Source of the DNA: an uncultured Actinomycetes bacterium
GTDB taxonomy: Bacteria; Actinomycetota; UBA4738; HRBIN12
Direction of reading: 5' to 3'
DNA: 64,000 bases
NCBI GenBank assembly: GCA_963785835.1
Contig: CAWAWO010000002.1
Span: 533,034 to 597,033, forward strand
In this document: one piece after another, positions 9,935 to 18,838 of the stretch
Layout of the letters: the number at the start of each line of letters is the position of its first letter
How positions within the stretch are numbered: position 1 is the stretch's first letter
Notes under the pieces: model-generated
Told to the model about the DNA's origin: nothing
The model's input: only the letters and a program-made list of their open reading frames with translations
Database searches by the model: none
Translations under genes and position numbers: made by a program

Positions 9935-12900
9935 TCCGCTTCACCTCGCAGCACCGACGTCACCGACGAACGCAGCAGCGCGCGCAACGCCGCCAGAAGG
10001 CCGATCGCCGTCGCCGCGACGATCGCCGAAAGCGAGATCGCGAACGACGTCCAGTCCACGACGAGTACCGGTGGCGGGAACGCCGACCCGATGCTGCGTC
10101 CGACATACGGCATCAGAAGCCGGAGGATCCCGAACCCGATCGCGGCGCCGGCGGCGATCGCGAACACGATCATCAGCCCCTGCTCGAGCAGCAGGACGCG
10201 GCTCACCTGACCGGGCTGCGTGCCCATCGCGCGCAGGGACGCGAACTCGAACTCGCGCCTCCGCTGCGCGAAGTAGAGGCCGACCGCGACCCCGAGGACG
10301 ACGAGCATCAACCCGCCGACCGCCGCGGCGAAGTTCATCCCGACCGCGAGCGATTGCGGAAGCTGCGCGAGGACCGCGATGATCGGGCCGGCGGCCGCCG
10401 TCGGCCCGGGAAGGATCCCCGCCTCCTCGAGCGCCGGGCGCGGGTCCTGTTCGCCCGCCGCCCACATCTCGTTCAACGCCAATCCGGCCTCCGGGATGCG
10501 AACGGCGGCCTGGAGCAGCGCAGGCGTCGAGACGACCATGAAGTCCCCCGCGACCGACGGGAACGCCTCGGCGATCGCCGCGCGACGGAACGAAAGCCGC
10601 TGGCCTCCCAGCGTCGCCTCGAACTCGGGACCCTGGGACCGGGCGATCTCCGGCGAGACGAGCGCCGGGAGCGGAGGCATCGGCGGCGCGATGCCTCCGA
10701 CGACGTGGCCGGAGCCCGTGTCGATCTCGAGCGAGACCCCGCCGTCGATCCGCGCCATCGCGCCGCCAGCGCCGCGCCACCGCAGCGGGTCCCACGTGTC
10801 GAGCTCGATCGGGTCTCCCGCAGCCACGTCCGTGAGCTCGAGGTCGATCACGTCGGGCGATGCCCCGACCTCGTCCTCGAAGAACGAGATCGACAGGAGC
10901 CGTTCGGCGCCCTCGAGCGCGGTCTCGTAGGTCGCCGTCCCCTGTTCGATCGTCCCGGCCGATGCCGTCCGGACCTCGCCGTCCCCGAGCGAATAGGTGA
11001 CGAGCATCTCCACGCCGGCGCTCGCGCCGTCGAGCGCCGTCACGGTCGCCGCGAAATCCTGACCCGAGATCTCGACTCCCGGATCCTCGAGCTCGATCGC
11101 GCGCAACCACCCCTGGAGCGGGGTCTGCGAGTAGTCGGCGCGCCACCAGCCTCCTCGTTCGTACCGATCGGGATCGACCGCGAGCGCGACGGGGGCCAGC
11201 GGGAACGTCCCCGGCTGGTCGAAGGCCGGCTCGGTCCGGACCACGGCCACCGCGTCCGGCGGCGTGGCGTGCAGCGTCATCAGTTGCTGTTCGGGCGTCC
11301 CGATCTGGACGTTCCAATCCGAGCCGACCTGCTGGTGCGCGCTGTCCTCGTGGTTGCGGAGCACGATCGCCCGGTAGGACGTCGAGACGATCAGCAGCCC
11401 GACCGCGAGCACGAGCAGGAGGGAGGTCGCGAAGCTCGTGCCCGGCGAACGCCCGAGCCGGCGCGCGGCGAGGTAGGCGGGGAGGCTCTTCGAGCGTCCG
11501 ACCGGTCGTTCGAGCCTCCGGAGCAGCCACAGCAGGAGACGGAGCGAGAGGAACGACAGGCTGAAGATCAGCAGCGTCGGCGTGAGCAGCACCAGCGGGT
11601 CGAGCTGGTCCCGTTCGCTCGTCGAGAGCACCTCGGTCCCGCGGAGCTGGATGAACGCGAAGATCGCGACCGGCAGCACGAACAGCTCGAGCGGCACGCG
11701 CGCGAGCAGTGGCCGCTCCTCACGCGACAGCAGGCGGCGTTCCTCGAGGATCGTCCGGCGGACGTGCGGGATCGACAGCAGCAGGAGCGTGATCGCGCCG
11801 ACCGCAGCCCCGGCTGCGCCGAGCACCAGCGCGAACGGCGACAGGCCGATCGGGAACAGCACGCCGGGGAGCGAAGGGCCGTTGGCGTTCGACGCGAGGA
11901 ACGCGAGCCCCATGCCGAGCAGCAGACCGAGCGGATACGCGACGATCGCGGCGAACGCCGCCTGGAGCCCCTGCGCCGCGATCAGCTTGCCGCCGGAGAA
12001 CCCGCGGCTGCGGAGCACGGCGAGCTCGAACGATTGCCGGGTGAGCACGAGCGAGCCGACCCCGGCCAGGATCGCGAGCGTCACCGCGCCGATCTGGAAG
12101 ACCACCAGGAAGATCGGCACCCGGAGGTCGGCGACGCGCTGGTTCACGAGCGTGAGCAGCGTGTCGAGGCCGGTGATCAGCTGGAGCTGGCTGAAGCCCG
12201 GCTGCGCTCGCAGGTCCTCCTCGATGTCCGCGATCTGCGCCGGGATCTTCTCGGCCTGCTCGAACGGCACGCCGACGAGGTCCAGGTAGACGTCCCAGAC
12301 CCACTGCGTCGTGATGCCGAGCGCAGGCGCCACCTCCGCGTACCCCTCGCGGTCCATGAGGGCGGGAGACGGCTCCGTCGAGTCCGGAGCCGGGAACGGC
12401 GTCTGGTCGCCGAACCAGAACGGGTCCTCACGGTCGGGAGGGCCGAAACGCCCGACGACCGTGAGTTCCGCCTCCTCGCCCGTAGGGCCGATGGCCGTCA
12501 CGGTGTCGCCGGGCCGAACGCCCAGGGCTGAGGCGGTGCCGTCCGGGAGCGCTATCTGGCCGGCTCCCTGTGGGGGCTCCCCGCGGTAGGGCAGCTGCTC
12601 GGTCGCCCCGTCCCGAAACAGCAGCGGCACCGAGACCTCCTGCGTCTCCTCGGCGCCGACCAGCCGAACGGTCCCGAGCCCCTGCGGCACGATCTCGCCC
12701 ACCGGCAGGACCGAGACCTCGTCGCGGACGACGGCGTCGGCGGCCGCGTCGTCGAACTCCGGGCCGCCGTAGGTGAGGAACCGGACGTTCTTCACCGTGA
12801 CCGCCGCGGTGCTCGTCGCGGACGACAGGATCGCCTCGCGGGCCGCGTCCGCGTAGATCGGGCCGGCGACCAGGACCCCGATCGTGAACCCGAGCGTGAC

Positions 12901-12966
12901 CACGAGGGCCAGTCCCAGCAATCGCTGGGCGAAGAACCGCTTCAACAGGAACAGCAGGGTCGTCAT
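9931..12966 (-). CDS. ABC transporter permease with two FtsX domains (MacB-type, 1011 aa)
   Basis: N-terminal TM helix, large extracytoplasmic domain, a 4-TM FtsX block around residue 300-480, a second large loop and a C-terminal FtsX block. The frame is uninterrupted over 3 kb. Confidence 0.85.
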   Translation of the reverse strand: MTTLLFLLKRFFAQRLLGLALVVTLGFTIGVLVAGPIYADAAREAILSSATSTAAVTVKNVRFLTYGGPEFDDAAADAVVRDEVSVLPVGEIVPQGLGTVRLVGAEETQEVSVPLLFRDGATEQLPYRGEPPQGAGQIALPDGTASALGVRPGDTVTAIGPTGEEAELTVVGRFGPPDREDPFWFGDQTPFPAPDSTEPSPALMDREGYAEVAPALGITTQWVWDVYLDLVGVPFEQAEKIPAQIADIEEDLRAQPGFSQLQLITGLDTLLTLVNQRVADLRVPIFLVVFQIGAVTLAILAGVGSLVLTRQSFELAVLRSRGFSGGKLIAAQGLQAAFAAIVAYPLGLLLGMGLAFLASNANGPSLPGVLFPIGLSPFALVLGAAGAAVGAITLLLLSIPHVRRTILEERRLLSREERPLLARVPLELFVLPVAIFAFIQLRGTEVLSTSERDQLDPLVLLTPTLLIFSLSFLSLRLLLWLLRRLERPVGRSKSLPAYLAARRLGRSPGTSFATSLLLVLAVGLLIVSTSYRAIVLRNHEDSAHQQVGSDWNVQIGTPEQQLMTLHATPPDAVAVVRTEPAFDQPGTFPLAPVALAVDPDRYERGGWWRADYSQTPLQGWLRAIELEDPGVEISGQDFAATVTALDGASAGVEMLVTYSLGDGEVRTASAGTIEQGTATYETALEGAERLLSISFFEDEVGASPDVIDLELTDVAAGDPIELDTWDPLRWRGAGGAMARIDGGVSLEIDTGSGHVVGGIAPPMPPLPALVSPEIARSQGPEFEATLGGQRLSFRRAAIAEAFPSVAGDFMVVSTPALLQAAVRIPEAGLALNEMWAAGEQDPRPALEEAGILPGPTAAAGPIIAVLAQLPQSLAVGMNFAAAVGGLMLVVLGVAVGLYFAQRRREFEFASLRAMGTQPGQVSRVLLLEQGLMIVFAIAAGAAIGFGILRLLMPYVGRSIGSAFPPPVLVVDWTSFAISLSAIVAATAIGLLAALRALLRSSVTSVLRGEAE

Positions 12967-13094
12967 ACGTACGGAACGCCGCCGGTCAGGCGGCGAGTCA
13001 CCCGATGATACGCTGAGCCGGCGCGTTCGAGACTGGCGCCGTCGACACCGGCCCGAGCGCCGGTGAGCGCGCTACGACTGCAAGGAGCACCCGG

Positions 13095-14255
13095 ATGGAC
13101 CGACCCGAGATCATCCTGGCACCCGGACCGACCCCGATCCCGCCCGAGGTGCTGCTCGCACAGGGAAGTCCGCTCGTCTACCACCGCGGTCCCGGCTTCG
13201 GTCGGCTGATGCGCGACGTGACCGAGCGCCTCCGCGAGCTCTACCGCACGGATACCGCCGACGTGTTCCTGCTCACCTCGTCGGGGACCGGCGGCCTCGA
13301 GTCCGCGGTCCAGAACGTGCTCTCACCGGGCGACGAGGTCGTCGTGCCGCTCGCCGGCTACTTCTCGGAGCGGTGGACCAAGCTCGCGAAGGCCCACGGG
13401 CTCCAGGTCCGAACGATCGACTACGAGTGGGGGCAGAAGGTGGTCCCCGACGACCTCGCGAAGGCGCTCGCCGAGCGCCCGGCGAAGGCGGTGCTGCTCA
13501 CGCACTCGGAGACCTCGACCGGCGTGATCCAGCCCGTGAAGGACCTCGCACGCGTCGCGCGCGAGGCAGGGGCGCTCGTGATCGTCGACGTGGTCTCGAG
13601 CCTCGGCGCGGTGCCGTTCGCGTTCGACGAGTGGGGGATCGACGTCGCGGTCGGCGGCTCGCAGAAGGCGCTCGCGGCCTCGCCCGGCCTCGCGTTCGTC
13701 GCGATCTCCGAACGCGCGTGGAAGGCGCACGCGGTCTCGACGATGCCGCGCTTCTACTTCGACTGGTCGATCTACAAGGAGTTCGCCGAGCGCAAGGATC
13801 CCGAGAACCCGTGGACGCCGGCGATCAGCGTCACGCAGGGCCTGCACGCGGCGCTCGAGCTGTACTTCCAGGACGGGGTCGACGCCGCGATGACGCTGCA
13901 CCAGCGGCTGTCTCGCGCGGTGAAGGAAGGCGTGCAGGCGCTCGGGCTCGACCTGTTCGGCGAGGGGCTCGAGGACAACTGGACCGTGACCGCGATCCGC
14001 GCCCCCGAGGGCATCGACGCCGACACGATCAGCGACCGCATGCGCTCCGACTTCGCCTGCGTGATCGCGCCGGGCCAGGGACCGCTGAAGGGCAAGGTCT
14101 TCCGGCTCGGGCACTTCGGCTACTTCAGCGAGCTCGACATCATCCGCGGGCTCGCGGCGCTCGAGATGACGCTCGAACGGCTGGGGTACCCGGTCAAGCG
14201 CGGCGCGGCGGTCGCGGCGGCCGAGGGCGTGTTCCAGGAAGCGCACGGCGCCTGA
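13095..14255 (+). CDS. Class V aminotransferase (serine-pyruvate / phosphoserine aminotransferase type)
   Basis: 386 aa with an AGT-family fold (…TSSGTGGLE…, …GGSQKAL…) located upstream of serA. It may serve as the SerC function in this organism. Confidence 0.85.
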   Translation: MDRPEIILAPGPTPIPPEVLLAQGSPLVYHRGPGFGRLMRDVTERLRELYRTDTADVFLLTSSGTGGLESAVQNVLSPGDEVVVPLAGYFSERWTKLAKAHGLQVRTIDYEWGQKVVPDDLAKALAERPAKAVLLTHSETSTGVIQPVKDLARVAREAGALVIVDVVSSLGAVPFAFDEWGIDVAVGGSQKALAASPGLAFVAISERAWKAHAVSTMPRFYFDWSIYKEFAERKDPENPWTPAISVTQGLHAALELYFQDGVDAAMTLHQRLSRAVKEGVQALGLDLFGEGLEDNWTVTAIRAPEGIDADTISDRMRSDFACVIAPGQGPLKGKVFRLGHFGYFSELDIIRGLAALEMTLERLGYPVKRGAAVAAAEGVFQEAHGA

Positions 14256-14282
14256 GGGGCGCGCGATGCGGGCGGGCGGGTC

Positions 14283-15867
14283 ATGAAGGTCCTCGTCACC
14301 GAGAAGCTGTCCGAGGCGGGGCTCGAGGCGCTCCGCAAGGACTTCCAGGTCGACGTCCGTACCGAGCTCGCGGCCGACGGCCTGGCCGGCGCGATCGCGC
14401 CCTACGACGCGCTCGTCGTCCGCTCGCAGACGCAGGTGACGGCCGAGGTGATCGAGGCGGCCGAGAACCTCAAGGTCGTCGCCCGCGCCGGGATCGGCCT
14501 GGACAACGTGGACCTCGAGGCCGCGACGCGGCGCGGTGTCATGGTCGTGAACGCGCCGCAGTCGAACATCGTCTCGGCCGCCGAGCACACCCTCGCGCTG
14601 CTGCTCGCGCAGGCCAGGAACATCCCGCAGGCCAACGAGGACCTGAAGCAAGGGCGCTGGGAGCGTTCGAAGTGGCAGGGCGTCGAGCTCCAGGGCAAGA
14701 CGCTCGGCGTGGTCGGCCTCGGCCGCGTGGGCGGGCTCGTGGCGAGCCGGTGCGCGGCGTTCGGGATGCGCGTGATCGCGTTCGACCCGTACGTGCCGCG
14801 CGAGCGCGCGAAGGAGATGGGCGTCGAGCTGATGCCGACGCTCGAGGCGCTGCTCGTGCAGTCGGACGTCCTCACGATCCACCTCCCGAGGACCCCGGAC
14901 ACCGAGGGGCTGATCGGCGAGCGCGAGCTCGCGCTCATGAAGGAGGGCGCGCGGATCGTGAACACGGCTCGCGGCGGGATCGTCGACGAGCAGGCGCTCG
15001 CGAAGGCGCTCGAGGAGGGCAAGCTGGCCGGGGCGGCGCTCGACGTGTTCGAGCAGGAGCCGGTGGAGGACTCGCCGCTGTTCGCGTTCGAGCAGGTGGT
15101 GGCGACCCCGCACCTCGGGGCCTCGACCGCGGAGGCGCAGGACAAGGCCGGCGCCTCGATCGCCGAGATGGTGCGTCTCGCGCTCAACGGCGAGTTCGTG
15201 CCGTACGCGGTGAACGTGTCGGCCGGCGCCGAGGTGCCGGAGACCGTTCGACCGTTCCTCGCGCTCGCCGAACGCCTCGGCGCGCTCCTCACCGGCCTCG
15301 CCGATGGTGCGGTGCGGGCGGTGGAGGTGCCGGTACCTCGGCCGCGTCGGCGAGGCGGACACCCGCGTGCTCACGCTCGGCGTCGTGAAAGGCGTGCTGC
15401 GCGGCGTCGTGCACGAGCCCGTGTCGTTCGTGAACGCGCCGCTCATCGCGCGCGAGCGCGGCATCGCGATCAGCGAGATGCGCTCCTCGGTCTCGAGCGA
15501 CTACGTGAACCTCGTCGCGGTCCGGGCGGAAACCGACGAGGGACCGGTCTCGGTGGCGGGAACGCTCGTCGGCAAGCGGAACGACCAGCGCGTGTTGCAG
15601 GTGAACGGCTACGACATCGAGATGGCGCCGGCGAGGAACATGCTGTTCTTCGAATACGAGGACCGGCCCGGCGTGATCGGCAAGGTCGGCACGATCCTCG
15701 GCGAGCACGAGATCAACATCGCCACGATGGACGTCGGTCGCGCGTCGGCCGGCGGGAACGCGCTCATGGGGCTCACGCTCGACAGCCCGGTCGGCCAGGA
15801 CGTGATCGACGAGATCACCTCGGCGATCGGCGGCCGCGCCGCGCGGTTCATCGTCCTTCCGGAGTAA
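14283..15867 (+). CDS. serA: D-3-phosphoglycerate dehydrogenase (SerA), with a frame switch near 15330-15336
   Basis: N-terminal 2-hydroxyacid dehydrogenase domain (GKTLGVVGLGRVGGLVA). After ...LADGAVRAVEV the ASB and ACT domains continue in the +1 frame (RYLGRVGEADTRVLTLGVVKG... to ...RFIVLPE, ORF 15304..15867). One extra base in gaggtgccggtac explains the shift. Confidence 0.85.
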
Positions 15868-15882
15868 AAGCAGCGCCCGAGG

Positions 15883-15902
15883 CGATACCGAAATCGGTAT
15901 CG
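15883..15902. promoter_or_regulatory. 9-2-9 perfect palindrome CGATACCGA-AA-TCGGTATCG located 16 nt after the serA stop
   Basis: Perfect inverted repeat seen directly. It has no U-tract, so it is either an intrinsic-terminator-like hairpin or a protein-binding site. Confidence 0.3.
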
Positions 15903-15985
15903 GAGCTCGCGGAGACGTTCGGCTGGCTCAACGCGATGCCGTCGAAGGCATCATGTTCGGCCTGTGGCTCCCCGCGCGACCAGCC

Positions 15986-16022
15986 ATGCCGTGAACGGCA
16001 TCAGCGTGTGACGTTCGTCACA
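15986..16022. promoter_or_regulatory. Two adjacent 7-2-7 palindromes (ATGCCGTGAACGGCAT and TGTGACGTTCGTCACA) about 190 bp upstream of the MFS gene
   Basis: Perfect inverted repeats seen directly. A related GATGCC-N6-GGCATC palindrome lies at about 15935-15952. These are candidate operator sites, and no regulator gene is adjacent. Confidence 0.3.
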
Positions 16023-16209
16023 TGAACTTCCACCGCAAGGGTTCCGCTGGTAGACTCGCGCGGTCATGAGGCGACTCCAGGTGTTCGGGACCATCAAGAC
16101 GGGGGATACCCCCGTCTCCGCGGCAGCCGCTTAGCTGCCGCGAGCCCCGCCTCCCCGGCGGGACCCCGAACCACCGTCCCTCGTCCCACCGAGCCACAGG
16201 AGTCGTCCG

Positions 16210-17472
16210 ATGCGCTTCATCACCGATCGTCCACGTAGCGCCGTTCGAAGGCTTGCGCTCGCCCGCCTGATCTCGATCACGGGCGGCGCGGCCGCGTTCG
16301 CGGCGCTGAACTTCACGATCTACGAGCGGACCCACTCGGCAGCCTGGCTGTCGGCGTCGCTGCTGCTCACGTTCGGCGCGGCCGGGCTGTTCGCCCCGCT
16401 CGGTGGCGTGCTCGGCGATCGGTTCGACCGCCGGCGCGTGATGATCGCCTCCGACCTCGCGGGAGCGGCGGCCTTCGGCGCGATGGCGTTCGTCGAGGAT
16501 CCGGCGCTGCTGCTCGCGATCGGGTTCGTCGCCGCCCTGGTGGAGACCCCGTTCTGGTCGGCCTCGGCCGCCGCGATCCCGAACCTCGTCGGTCCGGACG
16601 ACCTCGCGTGGGCCAACGGTCTGGTCCAGGTCGGCGCGAACGCCGGGATCATGCTCGGCCCGGCGGTCGGCGGCGTGCTGCTCGCGGCCGTGGGGCCCGG
16701 GATGGTCTTCGGACTCAATGCGCTCTCGTTCGTGCTGTCCGCGATCGTCGTGGCGACCGTGCGCGGACGGTTCTCCGAGGACCGGACCGAGCACGACGAG
16801 GAGCACCGCGGGGTCAAGGCCGGATTCGTGTTCATCGCGCGCGACCGGGTGCTGCGCAGGCTCGTCGTCGCGTGGTCGGTGTTCGTGCTCGGTCTCGGCA
16901 TGGCGATGGTCGCCGACGTCCCGCTCGTGGAGCTGTTCGGCGCGGGCGCCACCGGCTACGGGATGCTGATCGGCGCCTGGGGAGCCGGGTCGGTGATCGG
17001 GTCGCTCGCCGGGCGGAAGCTGAACGAGCGGATCGAGGCGCGGGCGCTGTTCGTCGGGACGGTCGTGATCGGCGCGACGACGGCGGGGGTCGCGCTGTCG
17101 CGGTGGTTCCCGCCGGTGCTCGTCCTGATCCTGCTCTCGGGCGCGGCCGACGCGCTCGTGATGGTCGCCGACCGGAACATCCAGCAGCGCCGGACGCCGG
17201 ACGCCGTGCGGAGCCGGGTCGTCTCGGCCTCGGAGGCGGTCATCACGGTCGCGCTCGCGGTCGGGTTCGTGCTCGGCGGTCCCGCGCTCGAGCTGCTCGG
17301 GCCGAGAGGCGTGTACGCGGTCGGCGGCGCGTTCGCGTTCGTCGGAGCGGCGGTGTTGCTGCCGATCCTGCGGGCGTCTCGGCGCGAGGTGGCGCCCGAG
17401 CCGGCGGTCGTGGTGACCGAAGCGGTCGAGTTGGAACCCGAGCAGCCGGCGCTCGTGCCGGCGGACGTCTAG
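16210..17472 (+). CDS. MFS transporter (EntS / macrolide-efflux-like, MFS_3 type)
   Basis: 420 aa with 12 TM helices and conserved LGDRFDRRRVM and QRRTPDAVRSRV motifs shared with the downstream paralog. Confidence 0.8.
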   Translation: MRFITDRPRSAVRRLALARLISITGGAAAFAALNFTIYERTHSAAWLSASLLLTFGAAGLFAPLGGVLGDRFDRRRVMIASDLAGAAAFGAMAFVEDPALLLAIGFVAALVETPFWSASAAAIPNLVGPDDLAWANGLVQVGANAGIMLGPAVGGVLLAAVGPGMVFGLNALSFVLSAIVVATVRGRFSEDRTEHDEEHRGVKAGFVFIARDRVLRRLVVAWSVFVLGLGMAMVADVPLVELFGAGATGYGMLIGAWGAGSVIGSLAGRKLNERIEARALFVGTVVIGATTAGVALSRWFPPVLVLILLSGAADALVMVADRNIQQRRTPDAVRSRVVSASEAVITVALAVGFVLGGPALELLGPRGVYAVGGAFAFVGAAVLLPILRASRREVAPEPAVVVTEAVELEPEQPALVPADV

Positions 17473-17504
17473 ACGGAGGCCGGGGGGCAGTGGAGGATCG
17501 AGCG

Positions 17505-18765
17505 ATGACCGCCCCCCGGACCGCCGTCCGCCGGCTCGCGCTCGCGCGGCTGATCTCGATCACCGGGAGCATGGCCGCGTACACGGCCCTGATGTTCGAG
17601 ATCTACGAGCGGACGGGGTCGGCGGCCTGGCTCGCGGCGGCCCTGCTCCTCACCGAGGGCGTGAGCGGCCTCGTCGGTCCGCTCGCCGCGGTCCTCGGCG
17701 ACCGCTTCGACCGCCGGCTCGTGATGATCGTCTCGGACGGGGCCAGCGCCGCGTGCTTCCTGGCGATGGCGTTCATCGACTCGCCGGGTCCGCTCGTGGC
17801 GGCGGCGTTCTTCTCGGCGCTGGCCGAGGCGCCGTTCTGGCCGGCCTCGAGCGCCGCGATCCCGAACCTCGTGCCGCCGGAGAAGGTCGCCTGGGCGAAC
17901 AGCCTCGTGGCGATCGGGCGGAACCTCGGCATCACGATCGGCCCGGCGATCGGCGGCGTGCTGCTCGCGGCGGTCGGCGCCTCCTGGGTGTTCGGGATCA
18001 ACGCGATCTCGTTCGTGTTCTCGTCGGCATTGATCTGGTCCGTGCGGGCGCGGTTCGCCGGGCGAGCGCGAGGACGAGGAGGAGCACCGCGGGCTCGTCG
18101 CGGGGTTCCGCTTCCTCTGGCGGCAACGCGTGCTGCGGCGGATCGCGATGGCGTGGGTGGTGTTCGTCCTCGGGATCGGGATGGCGATGGTGGCGGACGT
18201 CCCGCTCGTCGACCTGTTCGACGCCGGCTCGGTCGGGTTCGGCCTGCTGATCGGCGTGTACGGGCTCGGCTCGATCCTCGGGTCGCTCGCCGGCAGGAAG
18301 CTGACCGCCCAGAACGAGATGCGCTGGCTGATCGTCGGCGCGGCGGGCGTCTCGGTGTTCGCGTTCGGGATCGCGGTGTCGCCGTGGTTCGCGCTCGTCC
18401 TCGTGCTGAGCGTCGCGTGGGGGGCGGCCGACGGCCTCGTGGTGGTCGCCGACCAGAACATCTTCCAGCGCCGGACGCCCGACGCGGTCCGCAGCCGCGT
18501 CCTGGGGGCTCTGGAGGGGATCGTGCACGGGACGCTCGCGATCGCGTACCTCGCGGCCGCGGTGGTGCTGCCGCTCGTCGGGCCCCGCGGGATGTACGCG
18601 CTGCTCGGCGTCGGTGCGGGGCTATCGGTGGTCGTCCTGCTGCCGCTGCGCCGGGAACCGCCCCCGCCGGGGCCCGAGGAGGAACTGCCGGTGGCCGAGG
18701 CTCCGTCGATGCCCGAGGGTGGGACGTTCACGCGGGTCGCGCCGGCGCCGACCGATCCTTCGTGA
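17505..18765 (+). CDS. MFS transporter, tandem paralog of 16210..17472, with a frame switch near 18062-18070
   Basis: The N-terminal half is in frame 0 (MTAPRTAVRRLALARLISITG...). After ...SVRARFAG the protein continues in the +1 frame (EREDEEEHRGLVAGFRFLWRQRVLRRIAMAW..., ORF 18130..18765). This is collinear with the upstream paralog. Confidence 0.7.
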
Positions 18766-18838
18766 GAAACCCATGGAGACCCTCGCGCGAGCGAGGAGCC
18801 CGGCGATATCGTCGTCTTGAACGGCCAGTCAAGGAGCC

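Noticed and set aside
9874-12531. 885-aa plus-strand ORF (and the 529-aa ORF 9941..11530 on the minus strand) over the permease locus
   Set aside because: These are antisense or alternate-frame shadows of the 1011-aa FtsX permease, with an Arg/Asp/Glu-rich nonsense composition.
13323-15464. 713-aa minus-strand ORF and 671-aa plus-strand ORF over the aminotransferase/serA region
   Set aside because: These are shadow ORFs. The aminotransferase and SerA frames have strong homology and proper motifs.
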